Shown piece after piece: positions 41,049-53,879 of a stretch of DNA of 64,000 nucleotides. The translations under genes were made by a program, and so were the position numbers. Source of the stretch: Octopus vulgaris. Its lineage: Eukaryota. The stretch is from the NCBI GenBank assembly GCA_951406725.2, contig OX597818.1, forward strand, positions 17,298,001-17,362,000, in the 5' to 3' direction. Each line of letters begins with the position of its first letter. Within the stretch, counting starts at the first letter, position 1. The notes under the pieces were generated by a model, which was not told the DNA's origin, searched no databases, and saw only the letters and a list, made by a program, of their open reading frames with translations.

Positions 41049-41091
<43 letters not shown>

Positions 41092-41490
41092 TATGGAGAG
41101 AGAGAGAGAGATTCATGCACACACGCACACACACATACACAAACATATGCGTATGTAAATGTATGTGTATATATTTTTTTTGTAATCCACACATAAATCA
41201 TAAGTGTTTGGTTGAAATGGTCGGGCAGCTACATTTCACATTTGAACTGGGCCTATTGCCAGTTTTACACGCATTTCGTTGTAATGCTTATAGTAGCACG
41301 ATAGCAGCTCTTATTTCAACTTATATAGAGATTATTACAGTTACTTCGATTGTATTCTACCCTAGACGATGCACCAAGCGCTATAATAAGAAGAATCAAT
41401 ACCTCCAATCACAATACAGCAGAATTAATAAAAAAAAACTGATGGTAGTCTCTTGAAGTCTGCAGATTCTAGTTGAAAAATTGGACAAAT

Positions 41491-41921
41491 GATTGCATTT
41501 TATAACGAACGGGTGTACGGTGCACCACATGTCAGGTATCGAAGTGATCGCAGAGCAACATGAGATTGCATTTCATAACGAACGGTGCGCCACATGTGGT
41601 ACGGTGCACCACATGTCAGGTATCGAAGTGATCGCAGAGCAACATGAGATTGCATTTTATAACGAACAGGTGCGCCACATGTGGTACTGTGCGCCACATG
41701 TGGTACTGTGCACCACATGTCAGGTATCGAAGTGATCGCAGAGCAACATGAGATTGCATTTTATAACGAACAGGTGCGCCACATGTGATACGGTGCACCA
41801 CATGTCATGTATAGAAGTGATTGCAGAGCAACATGAGATTGCATTTTATAACGAACAGGTGCGCCACATGTGGTACGGTGCACCACATGTCAGATATCGA
41901 AGTGATTGCAGAGCAACATGA
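41491..41921. repeat. Minisatellite: five ~73-104-bp units with a variable 19-bp internal subrepeat
   Basis: Unit gattgcattttataacgaacaggtgcgccacatgtggtacggtgcaccacatgtcaggtatcgaagtgatcgcagagcaacatga; runs into a family C SINE head. Confidence 0.95.
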
Positions 41922-42181
41922 GATGGAGTGTTTTGCTCAAGAACACAAAGCACCACTCGGTCCAGGAATTGAAACCCGGGTCTTACGATCGTGAGGGCAA
42001 CACCCTAACCACTAGGCCATGTATTCTCACAGCTACAATACAAATAATAAATGAAGCAACAACACAAATAGCAACAACAACCACAAAAATACTACACATT
42101 AACAGCATCGACAAGAACAGTAACAATAACTGTAACAACAATTGCAGAGGCACAAACAATAAACTGAAAAGGTTTTCTTAC

Positions 42182-43030
42182 CTTTGAACTTGGTGACAAT
42201 GGTTTCCACATGTGACCACCCTTGATTAACTTGACTGAGTTGAGTGCCAAGTGGAATTGGCCAATAACACAATGTCTGGAATACTTATCAAAGTCTTTGA
42301 CTAAAATCTCAAGAATTCTCATCTGAGCTTCCTTATAAGGAATCTCAAACATGAAGTATTCGTTCCAAGTTGGGTCCTGTGTCTTGCGCTGTACTGTTGA
42401 CTGCTGCGAGTTCTTTTGGTCTGGAAGCAAGGAGATCTTGCAGTAAGGGTTCGACCGGGCCATATCTTGACGTTCCTTATCCAAGCAGTACGGTGCCGGT
42501 AAGTCTTTAGCCTCGATAATTTTAACCATAAGGACCTTTTCTGACACATCATACTGAAGTCCGAAGTGGATCTGACCGAGTTGATACCTGACTAGTTTTT
42601 GTTCATCGGTTAACCCCTCGCTTTTGTTTACCTCGTACAGTTCTCGCTGGAAGTTTTCGACGCTGATTTCCGCTTCACTCGGATGACGCCGTTTTGGACG
42701 TGGTTGAATGCTCTCGCGATTTGCTGCCCAGAATTCTATCGGTTTCATATCGATGATGGGTGTCTTACCGGCGCGTCGATAATCATTCATCAGCGTTCCT
42801 GTAGACGACGTAGAGTCTGTACGGGCACGGCTGTCGATCGAGTCGACGCGATCCCGTGACGAGACGCTCTCGCTATGACTGCTCGTCGAGTCAAGACGGG
42901 GATTATGCACTGAATGCTGGATGTCACTTTTCGAGATCTTTTTCTCCTGAAACCAGTGACAGTCGCAGCAGCTCTTCACACCTTGTTGGCAGCATAAAAA
43001 CTCCCATAACTTCTGGAGAAGCTTCTGTGG
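42182..43030 (-). CDS. SYT17: Synaptotagmin-17 orthologue, large internal exon (N-terminal Cys cluster, linker, C2A domain)
   Basis: Acceptor ttctctttccactgttgtAG|CCA at 43030 and donor AAG|GTAAGA at 42182; 849 nt, phase 0/0. Translation PQKLLQKLWEFLCCQQGVKSCCDC...PIIDMKPIEF...LTDEQKLVRYQLGQIHFGLQYD...RQDMARSNPYCKISLLPDQKNS...DFDKYSRHCVIG...KGGHMWKPLSPSSK matches remembered SYT17-specific motifs (IDIKPIEF, QDMAHSNPY, LLPDQKNS, KGGHWWK). No transmembrane segment. Confidence 0.93.
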
Positions 43031-43080
43031 CTACAACAGTGGAAAGAGAAAACAAATAAGAATATTATATTATATACATA

Positions 43081-43112
<32 letters not shown>

Positions 43113-45669
43113 CATACATCTATAAAATACTTAATGAACAATGGAGACAATGAAGTCCTTCGACCCTTCAAATTGCCAACAAAACTGTTAAGTTGTATTT
43201 CTATGGAAAATATAACACATGCGATCAGCACTTGCTCCAAAATATAATTAAGGTAGTACCTTCTAAAGTAGCATACTCTTTTTAACCCTTTAAGTCCTGT
43301 GTACAACGTGCAATACATAGGACATTTATCCCTAGTGTCCATTCATCATATATGATACATATTGCCATTTTTTTCAGCCACCAGAGTTACTTGGGACATA
43401 TGCAAGAAAAGCTTCATATTACTAAGAACGTAAGAAACAGGGGTTAGCTAAAAATCTGAAATTAAGTGTGGACGTTTAGACAAACTTATAAAAATACTTT
43501 ATACGAGCAAAGGGCTAAAAAAAGAAAATATCATAGCAGCTGTGAGAAAATCTGTCCTGGGATGAATATAACACATTGGAAACATATATTATACATTTGA
43601 ATACAAGGAGTATTAACAGAGTATTCTCCTCAAAATTTGTCTAAGTCCAGATAAAGCACACAATATCGTATAACTGCTTCCACATCTGGACCAGTGCTAC
43701 TACTACACACACCGGCATCAGAAATCACATCCCCAAAATTCCACCTAGACTGATTTATATAAAATCTCTTATCAAATTATTCAAAATCTCACATCATGTC
43801 ATTCAAACTATAGCCCTTAAACGTGCTGTCTTCTCTTCTTGCTATTTCTACCACTACTTCAGCGGCCTGTGCTCCTAAACCCGAAATAATCTCAATTCAG
43901 GCATATCCTACTCATTCGTCTCTTCTTCTCGTTAACTATATTGTGGCCTTCTCTCACCTTAACATTTACCACTACTCTTAGCCCTTCCCTCTCGGAACGT
44001 TCTCCTTCTGTAATCCCGATCCCACTGAAAATGCCCTTACTGCAGCTTTTCATATGCAACTGTTAAAGAGGAACATTAACCGCATCACTTTTGCCAAACT
44101 TATAGAGACTACGAATACTAGAGACACAGTCCCTTCCTCTAACCCCACCCCACAGACCAATGAAAAAAAATAAACATAGAAAAGTAAAGTAATTACGAAC
44201 ATACCGTGCTTAATATAGTTCTTTGGGCAGAAAAGAAAATTATGTTCAGTTATAAATGTCAACTGACTTGCAGATTTAAACGTTTCTTTCAAAATTAGTG
44301 GAAAAAAATATTTCACTATCAGCTGTTTCTAAACAGCTTCTCTATCCAGACTACATGGGCTCATTTTCCCCAATAATTATTACTGCATACAGTTATGTTA
44401 CTAAAGACCAAAGTGAACCACTGAGGTTTTTCAACTAAGAAAGCGACCAGCTAACATGCATTTTATAAAATACAGTTTGTAAGCGGAACAGTAAAATTTT
44501 GCAAAACTTTTCGAAAATGAAGTTTTCTAATTCTTAATCTTCGTTATCCAAATTGCAGCGAAGGCTATTTATCCTTTTGTTACAAACCAATTGAAAATAC
44601 AAATAATTAACACAGGAAGATCACGTACACGAACATAGGCACACAAACATATATGCACATACATGCCCGCATACGTAAATACATGCGTACGTGCATTTAA
44701 ATATAAATACATACATGAGACCCCCTTCGGTCACGACACAGACCATGGGATTGCACCTAGAAAGTTACCATCCCAGGCACAAGTCCGGGCTAGGTTGTTT
44801 TATGGAAGACCAGCAGTCGCCCATGCATACCGGCCTCCCCTCTCCACGCCACCAGTGTTATCCAAGGGAAAGACAAAGGCCGATACAGTTTGGCACCTGT
44901 GACGTCGCAACTCATTTCTACAGCTGAGTGAACTGGAGCAACGTGGAATAAAGTGTCTTGCTCAAGAAGACAGCACGCAGCCCGGTCAGGGATTCGAGCT
45001 CACAACCTCACGATCGTAAGCTCGACGCTCTAACCACTGAGCCATGCATACATGAATCTACACATAAATACATAAGTACATACATATCTGTGTATAGGTG
45101 TGTGTGTGTTTAAATACGTTTAATCAGGAAAGTTTATTCTATCTGATGAATAAACTTTATATGTTATATAAGAACTATTCTACTTCGTAGCTGTTTCCCA
45201 TCACCGACCAACAGCCAAAGGCTGCTTGCAAGTCGGAAATAGGATGAAAGCTTTCATACTTTGAATTTCACATTCAAAGTATGGTCTAATATTTTCCTGT
45301 CATTCATGTAGTCTTTTCTATTACTGTATGATATATCATCTATCATTCTTATGATATTGTATTAAGTAGAAGGGAAACAGATATGATATATTGAGCGAAT
45401 GACATGGCACTATATTATGTATGTATGTATGTATGTATGTATGTATGTATGTATGTATGTATGTATGTATGTATGCATGCTTGATGTATGTATGTGTGTG
45501 TGTAGGCGCAGGCGTGGCTGTGTGATAAGAAGCTTGCTTCCCAACCACATGGTTCCGGATTCAGTCCCACTACGTGGCACCTTGGGCAAGTGTCTTCTAC
45601 TATAGCTTGGACCAACCAAAGCCCTGTGAGTGGATTTGGTAGACGGAAACTGAGAGAAGGCCGTCGTAT

Positions 45670-45729
<60 letters not shown>

Positions 45730-45731
<2 letters not shown>

Positions 45732-45999
45732 GTGATCTGATCAGTAAGTATCCGGATTGTTGCCATAGTAACGAAGCTAAAGCATGCAGAGTGAAGCAGC
45801 CTGTCACAGATTGAGTTTGAAATCTGTTGTGCATGTGCACTAAGTTTTAACGTTCTAGCTCACTTTCGCTGTTTACAACAATGCTTGGAAGGAAAGTGTG
45901 TAGCGTGTGATCGTCTCATTGACCATTATAAAGAAAGTTGAGCAAACAATCTGCATCCAACTTTGCCAAAAGCTTGGCGATACCTGCTCAGGGGCCTAC
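45730..45999 (+). mobile_element. 5' fragment of a mariner element
   Basis: TA-cgtgatctgatcagtaagtatccgga start; KVEQTICIQLCQKLGDTCSGAY resembles the mariner N-terminal EQR.CIKFC.KLG motif. Confidence 0.6.
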
Positions 46000-46382
46000 G
46001 CATAAATATCTAGGCAATATTTTGGCAGAAATGGAATGGTGTATTCATATTGTGAGAGAATGACCATAAAAGTGGCTATTGAGCAGAGTGAAGGGAGAAA
46101 TAGGAAAAGAAAAAAAGGGAACGAGAGGCTAATGAGGAGAGGGAGAGAAATGGGGGTAGTCTGTGGGAATAGAGAGAAGAAGAAGCTAAGCGACGGGGTA
46201 TTAGTAAGGACTGGTCACAAGGATTGGTTAGAAGAATAAAAATAGAGATATAAAAATATAGATTCTACTTCTCCCTCCACTCTGCTTAACAGCCATTTTT
46301 GTGGTCATTCTCTCACAAACCAGTCATTTCAATATGAATGCACCATTCCATTTCTGCCAAAATATTGCCTAGATATTTATGC
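46000..46382. repeat. ~90-100-bp diverged inverted repeat upstream of an HHR (Penelope-type inversion)
   Basis: 46000-46090 is the reverse complement of 46278-46382 (gcataaatatctaggcaatattttggcagaaatggaatggtg...). Confidence 0.85.
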
Positions 46383-46608
46383 TGTGAACACACTACTTTG
46401 CCGTAATACTACCCGGCTTTACCTTGGATTTTACCTAAGGATATACGGACTAACATCCATATCCTCTGAAAGATGAACTATGAGCTTTATTTCTTTATTT
46501 CCTTACTATCTACTCGTTTATCTTATTGCTTATTATCTGCGAATTTTCTAGGTCTAAATCTTTTATCTGAATATTTCCATGTCTAGATCTTTCATATATT
46601 CTCTACTT

Positions 46609-46684
46609 GTCTCTGATGAAAGGACATCCCATATTCAGGCATACTCGCCTATCACTAGAGATATTCCAGAAACAGCTGTAAAAC
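46609..46684 (+). ncRNA. Minimal type I hammerhead ribozyme (slightly decayed) in a Penelope-like 3' remnant
   Basis: gtct CTGATGA aaggacatc...gatattcca GAAAC agct GTA aaac; intact core, palindromic loop agct, one mismatch in stem I. Confidence 0.7.
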
Positions 46685-46939
46685 TTCGGCTAATCTAAGA
46701 ATAATATAAAATAATGTATACAACTTAAGATGTTTGTTATGTCTCTGCGTTTATTGTCCTCTTTCACAAATATGCATCTGCTAAATCGGATATCTAAAAT
46801 TGATCCATTGCTCACGTTGCAGTTACGAGGTTGGAACCCTGATAAGTCGTTACAGCACTTACTCAGCGTACCTAATCGTTTAGATCACCAAGGAACTAAA
46901 CTCCCATATTCTATGTATGTATATATATAAATATAAATA

Positions 46940-47012
<73 letters not shown>

Positions 47013-47060
47013 ATATTTCGGAATGGTCATTTTGCCAGTTTAGCTAACAAATATATAAAC

Positions 47061-47119
<59 letters not shown>

Positions 47120-48239
47120 ATATATATATATATGTGTGTGTGTATCCATGTGTTTTTGTTTGTGTTTGTTCCCCCATCATCGCTTGGAAACGGGTGTTGG
47201 TGTGTTTACATCTCCGTCACTTAGCGATTCGGCAAAGAGACCGATTGAATAAGTACTAGTCTTTAAAAAATTAGCCCTGAGGTCGAACTGCTCGACAAAA
47301 AGCTCTTCGAGGAGGTGTTCGAGCATAGCCGCAGTCAAATGAGTGAAACAAATAAAAGAGTAGATGAATAAATCAACTCTCCCCTATCTGGTTTTAAGAA
47401 GCCTAATTTCAAAAGACTGGTGCTTAGGCAGTTTGTTACATAGCCCACTGTACCACAATATTTATAGGTATAAACCTAAATGTGTAATACGGGTAGAGTA
47501 ACAGATTTCTCAAAAGGTCAGCGTAAGTGTTTTCTTTTTTGCTAATCTCTAGTTTTATGTATTTATGTATGTATGTATGTTTGTAGGTAAGTAGGTAGGT
47601 AGGTATATGTGTATGTGCCTAAGTGTGTGTGTGGGGGAATAAATACTCCTCGCTTACACATGTAGATATACCATTTAGTTTAAAGTAATGGACAATATGT
47701 TTACTAAGCGCTAATTATTTCACTTAATCACTTACAATACAAACTAAACATAACAAGGAAGAGAATTTTTGTTTCTTTACTATTTCAAATGACGTATAAG
47801 CCAATAATTAACAATATTAATGAAAGACCTCCAAAGTCGAACGATACCTAATTTAAAAGCATTTAAGATAAAACATGTTTCGAATTTAATTTTCGATATT
47901 ATTTTCTATTTACGACAAACTATGAATAGCTAATTGATTTCTGTCATCTTAACATATGTCATGACTGATAAATGAAAAAAACAAAGTTTACCATAAGAAA
48001 TGCGATTGACAACTGCCTGAGTACCTAAACTAAAATGAACTTTTAAGCCATTCTTGCTGAAACCGGGCGATCAGTAATTATTGGTTATCAAGTGGACATT
48101 TACTATGAAACAAGTAGTTATTCTCGCCGTTCTTAATCAGGGCAGCAGCGATAAACTACCGAAAAGATTAGCCTATACACTTGATTTTTATCGCTGCAGA
48201 AAAGGAAAATAATTGTCGTTGACATTTTGAATGACGCTT

Positions 48240-48800
48240 GACAGAAATACCATCAGAAAATTAGCCTCAAAACCACCAAAAATCTACTAAAATATTTGGA
48301 CTTGTGAGAAGTGTAGTGTTTAAATAAATATATAGTTCTCTGGAAAAGAATGGTATCCATATTTAGTTCTCTAAAGAACATAGAATTGGATGCAAACAGA
48401 CTGAAATTTTATTTGTTCGGCTCTCATGGTCAAGTGTACGTTCGACGTTGTACAGTAGAATTTCATCGAGAATGTATGAATCCGATAATTAAGCATGAGA
48501 GGGACAATGGTGATGCTTGGTGATGTCTAGAAAGGGGGTTGGTCCATACACCATGAACAACGCAAAAAACACTATACTTCTATATACATGAGCATTTGGT
48601 TCAATCAAAAACTTTTCAGTATAACAACGACCCAAAGCATCCCCACGAGAGTAATCAAGGGACCCATTAAAAGCAAGAACGTCAACGTATTACAATAACC
48701 AGTAGAATCTCCGGCTTTAAATCTTATTGAAAGCTTAAGGAAACTCATGGTCGATATGAATATTCAACAGAAGTAATCGGAGAATTAAAGTGAATTGCAT
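48240..48800 (+). mobile_element. Very decayed Tc1-like remnant
   Basis: Residual FQYNNDPKH, P.ESPALNLIE and P.IKH motifs. Confidence 0.5.
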
Positions 48801-49249
48801 AATCATGAAACACATATCGCAGGAAATTTATCAGGGATAATTTTGAGGAAGCTCTAAATCTAATAGATAATTAGATGAAAATAATATCAGTATAGAAATG
48901 GACGAAGATCAATTGCATCACCTTCCCAAGGTACAAAAGAATAAACGAGTTTATGAAAGAGAAATAAATAAAATAGGGGCTTACAATAAATTACCCAATG
49001 CAACAAACCACCTTAATGTTGACAGTTTGAATGATCTGTTCTATTCAACGGAAGTAGTTGTATCGAAGTAAACCGAACTTGATCCCACAAAATGGAAGGC
49101 GAGAATATTACATAAATTAAGAAAGGAAAGGAAGATCTATCGTTACTTTGCAAACTAGAAAAGGAAGTGGGGGTCCAACATGAAAAAAAGAAAAAAAAAC
49201 AGATAACAAAAAGGTAACAAAACAATCAGATCAATACATGAAGATATCT

Positions 49250-50220
49250 TAGAAGCAAAAGAATGGCTCAAGCAAAACATAGCAGCAAAAAGAAAAAAGA
49301 GAAATATGAACGCTTCTTCCAGGAGAATAAAGTATTGCAATAAAATACTAAAAAAACTCGACTTAAAAGTACCAACACCATCACCAACAGAAATCCAAGG
49401 GTGCTGAAAAGTAATACGGAGCCAAGACAATAAATACATTAAAAATGCCCAATGGAACAAAAAGACGAGAAAAAGTCCTATTAACACTGCATATATGATC
49501 CACCATAACCGACAAGGAAATCATCAATACGTTAAGAGCTGCAAGCAAGTGGAAAGTACTTGGGATCAAGAAAGTCCTTCATATCTGACTAAAGCACCTG
49601 ATCAGTACCAAAGGATAAATAGTAACACCTCTCAATGAAACTATAAGCCAACCAGAATCAACACCTGATTGTATGCCGTAGAAAGAAACCTACACTACTT
49701 CGTCTCAGAGAATACCACAAAACTATAGAAGGAGACCCCCTTCGGTCGTGAATGACCATGGGATTGCTCCCAGAAAGTTATCACAAAACTATAAACCTGT
49801 AACAAATTACCAGTATACAAAGCCTTTATATCCCACATTACATTACAAAGAGCTACATATCTACCGAACAATAAATTGCAAAAACAGAAAGGGTGCTGAA
49901 AGGGAATGTATCGTTGTATAAAGAAAGGTACTGATAACTCACAGAAGACAGTTAAAAGAATACAAACCTTGGTATGGCTTGAATTGACTACTAAAAAGGA
50001 TTTAATAGCAATTCCCACATATGCAGAGTATTTCTTGTATCTATTATTCTAGGGACCCTATTCTTAGACGAAGCAGCTCTAACGAAAAACACATTACACA
50101 ACAAAGAAAGGCAATTAAGACTAGCATTATATCTATAAGAAGAGGAATCTTCTAAGGGAATTCTTTATCGACCCTACGATTTGGCCTAGCACTGCCTCTA
50201 TTAACAAACCTGTCGAATGA
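49250..50220 (+). mobile_element. Highly decayed R4/Dong-like RT fragment
   Basis: Residual motifs (SKWK, QKGC.KG, MA.IDY.K.F....H, RGIF.G.SLS) with many stops and frameshifts. Confidence 0.5.
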
Positions 50221-50527
50221 AACTACTAGGTTTGATAATCTGCCTCGAGTGTGATTTGATTCGGATCTTCAGGTGGGTACGAACTGGGATGTGATAACCA
50301 GCAGAAATTGATAGAAAGAAATTCTTGCAAGTGTGGCGAGTGCGTAAGTCCTCTCTTATATACTACTACCTAACCGCCTTTCTCCAGTTTTGAGCTGACT
50401 ATTATTGGTACATCATCTTTTTCGTGTTTTATGCATACATTAGAGCAAATGTAAACATGAAGAGAAGAGCGCAAACGTTCTTTCAAGAAAAAAAATGAAA
50501 GAAACAAAAACCTTGATATGGAACACT

Positions 50528-51930
50528 TTGCCGAAAGTTGGAGAGCCTTGCAGTATTTTTTCACTCCGGTCAAGTGACAGTATGCAACAATCAATCAATG
50601 AGGCACGTGACCGCGATAGAAAGAAAATATCGATAGAAAGAAAGTATCTTAGCCGTGCTTTTCCAAAAATACAGGAAGTTTCCTTGTTCCATCCAAGCCA
50701 GAGTGCAAGAGCATATTGCACTATCTTCAATTTCTAAAATAAGGAACAGGGCAAAGTACAAACCCAAATGGTACGCTATGTACCTCCCCAAACGCTGGTT
50801 CCGCAGTATTTGGGAAGGAAAAGCAAAAAGTTACTATCAGAGACATTGATAACTATGTCGACCCCTGACTGGCGCGATACGGGTAGATCGTCAGCGCAGA
50901 TAGAAGATTTTGCGATATATGGTCGATTGAGATCAGCTTAGACATAGAAGTTCTCATAACTCTGCAAGAATACAAAACAGTTCAAGAGTTTTGTCCTGAA
51001 GAGAATACTGACAGGTATATCATAAAACTGAGTGTCCAAGGTAAACGACCAATTAAGTAAGATCTTACGAAGCAGACCGAATATCGTGTGAGAAAGAATC
51101 AGCCTCATTGCTGAGCGAAATTAAATGCACAACCGTTTGTAAAACTAACAAAGCACTAATAAGACATTTTGCCGAAAGATGGAAAGCCTTGCTGTATGTT
51201 GCTCGCTGGCCAAATGCCAGTATACTGCAATCAGTCATTGAGGCCCGTGACCCGCGATAAAAAGAATCCTATCTGTACTTTTCCAAAGACACAGGAAGTT
51301 TCCTTGTTCCATCTAAGCCAGAGTTAGTGACAGTCTTATTTCTTTATTGTCCACAAGGTGCTTAAAATAGAAGGAACAAACAAGGACAGACAAAGGGATT
51401 AAGTCGATTACATCGACCCCAGCGCGTAACTGGTACTTAATTTATTGACCCCGAAAGGATGACGGGCAAAGTCGACCTCGGCGGAATTTGAACTCGGAAC
51501 GTAACGGCAGACGAAATACCTATTTCTATTTCTTTATTACCCACAAGGGGCTAAACATAGAGGGGACAAACAAGGACAAACATAGGTATTAAGTCGATTA
51601 CATCGACCCCAGTGTGTAACTGGTACTTAATTTATTGACCCCGAAAGGATGACGGGCAAAGTCGACCTCGGCGGAATTTGAACTCGGAACGTAACGGCAG
51701 ACGAAATACCGCTAAGCATTTCGCCCGGCGTGCTAACGTTTCTGCCAGCTAGCCGCCTCGAGCTAGTGACAGTCTTGGCAGATGCTATAAGTGGAGGAGC
51801 ATATAGCTCTATCTTCTGTTTTTAAAAATAGGGTTCAAGGCAAGGTGCAAACCCAAATAAAGAAGCATAAAAGTTACTGTCAGAAACCTTGATAACGATG
51901 TCGATGCCTGGCTGGCGCAATATGGGTAGA
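50528..51930. repeat. Old direct duplication (about 50528-50888 versus 51169-51325 plus 51795-51930); second copy split by the SINE dimer
   Basis: Shared blocks ttgccgaaag.tgga.agccttgc, caggaagtttccttgttccatc.aagccagag, aaaagttact.tcaga.ac.ttgataac.atgtcga, ctggcgc.ata.gggtaga. Confidence 0.8.
51338..51758 (-). mobile_element. Family A SINE partial dimer with a 17-bp TSD
   Basis: gagttagtgacagtctt (51321-51337) and gagctagtgacagtctt (51760-51776) flank both units together. Confidence 0.9.
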
Positions 51931-53879
51931 TACAACATTCACAAGAAGTTTACAGACGAATTATAAATCGAGAAAGAAATGGGATTACATTTTAAAGAGC
52001 ATAAGAAGGACAAACAACTAGTTCAGCCTTCGGATAGAATTAACAAAGTATTAAATTTCAGTCATCCAGAGAACGCTGGCCTTCACTTAACCATGATAAC
52101 TCAGAAGTTCGTCACTGAAAATTTTGGAATGTCAGGAAAGAAGTAGATTGGAAGCGAAATCAGAAACAATTTTTTGTATAGATATCTTGGTCAAATTATC
52201 ATCTGCTTTGTCGTACATTTGTTATTTATTCCGTGTAAATATTGCTTTATAAATTTTCAATTCGTCGAACAATAGGATTATCTAACACACACACATAACA
52301 GTTTAGGGAAATAAAATCACACGAAGATTTCAAGTTCAAACTCCATAAAAAAGATGGCATTTCAAAAACAGCAAGAGACACCAAAGGGTCATGACCTAGG
52401 CGGGTCTGACTCCTTTACGTTGTCAAAAACTTGCTTGACAGGAGTTCTTTCTCTGACGATTTCTCCTGCTGTCCGCCCGTCCTGTAGAAAATTTCCTCTT
52501 ACTATAACGGCTTTTATCCTTTCCGCCATCTTTGTATAACTTGTCCGTCCCACCCTAAACACCTTTTTAAGGCCATTTGTTTAAAGTTTCTTTGCATTTT
52601 TCTGTGTCTCATCAACTTCTTGTGGCTAATAAATAAAAGAGGTGGATGAATATTCAGAAAAATGCTTTTTTTTTCTTCTGGTTTTATATCTTCTGATTTC
52701 AAATCCCGCCGAGGTCAATTTTGCCTTTCATCACATGGAAGGCAATAAAATGGAATAAAATACCTGACAAATACTAGGTGGCGTTGGAATGGACAAACTA
52801 TCACCCCTCAAAATTGTGACCTTGTGCCTAACTCAGAATTCATTATAATTATTGTTGTAGTTATTGAGAAGACAAAAAAAGGATTTTATTATATTTAATT
52901 GGTGAAAAAAAGTTGTTTTTATCTGTTTCTCATTCTGGAATATTGCGAAAGCCTATCGGATTTATTAAGAATCCACTCCAATTCCCTGTGGTGGAAAAGG
53001 GTTCATCTTGACATTGCTGTATTTAACTGTATATGTTTTTACGATTGACTTGTACTTGCAAAATTTACTCGTGTTGCAAGATGGCCGCCTCAGAAATAGC
53101 AGAAATAACTACTCGCCACAGTGGTAGTAGCAGTAACCTTATTAACGTAATGAAATACACAACCCAATTATTTTCAATCTCGAAAACACATGAAAAAAAA
53201 AAGCAGATAATGGGAAAATTAAATAAGCAGAAAGCTTCGAGCATAAATACGAAGTCGCAGAATGGAAAACAATAAAAAGATAAATAATGTGGAAAACAAA
53301 AAGCAAATAATAAATATAAACAGATCCAATAGTAAAAAGGAAACAACATTTCATCTTTTGTTAACGTTATGGGTTAAAGGGAGTTCTTCGATATGAGTCA
53401 GCTCCCGCTAAAACAAAATGCAAAAAAAAAACTGTTGGGGAACTGTGTTGATAATCACATCGGCTGAGAAATTTCTCCAAGAAAAAGTAAGGAGGAAAAT
53501 TGCGGACCTCTGTATTACAAATTTTGGGGAGAGCTTCCCTATGTTCTTGAAACATCTCTCATGCATCTTCACGACAATAGGAGGAAATGTACACTCTTAG
53601 TCAGGGTAGGTAACATGGAAACACTGTCTGAAGAAGCAATAAAGAGACAAGAGATAGTGTTAATACACCATATTCCTGCTTCCTACCCAAAAGTTGGTGC
53701 CACAGTATATAGATCACAGAATACAAGAGTCACCGATAGAGATATTGTTACTGGTGTTGACATTTGGCTTATCCCGTTTGTAGCACATTACAGGCAGGTG
53801 GTGAACACGGAAGTGACCCACATCAGTATGTGATCAGATGGGGTTTGCATGGCACTCACGATCATAATGACCTTCGTAG

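Larger units (their letters stand above)
40081..41052. repeat. Three near-identical ~300-bp AT-rich HHR-bearing units separated by (TA)n
   Basis: Units at about 40081-40380, 40423-40726 and 40751-41052; they differ in a T/A run, one substitution and (TA)n length. Confidence 0.95.

Noticed and set aside
41491-41921. CRISPR-like appearance of the repeat array
   Set aside because: No unique spacers, no cas genes, eukaryotic context; it is a minisatellite.
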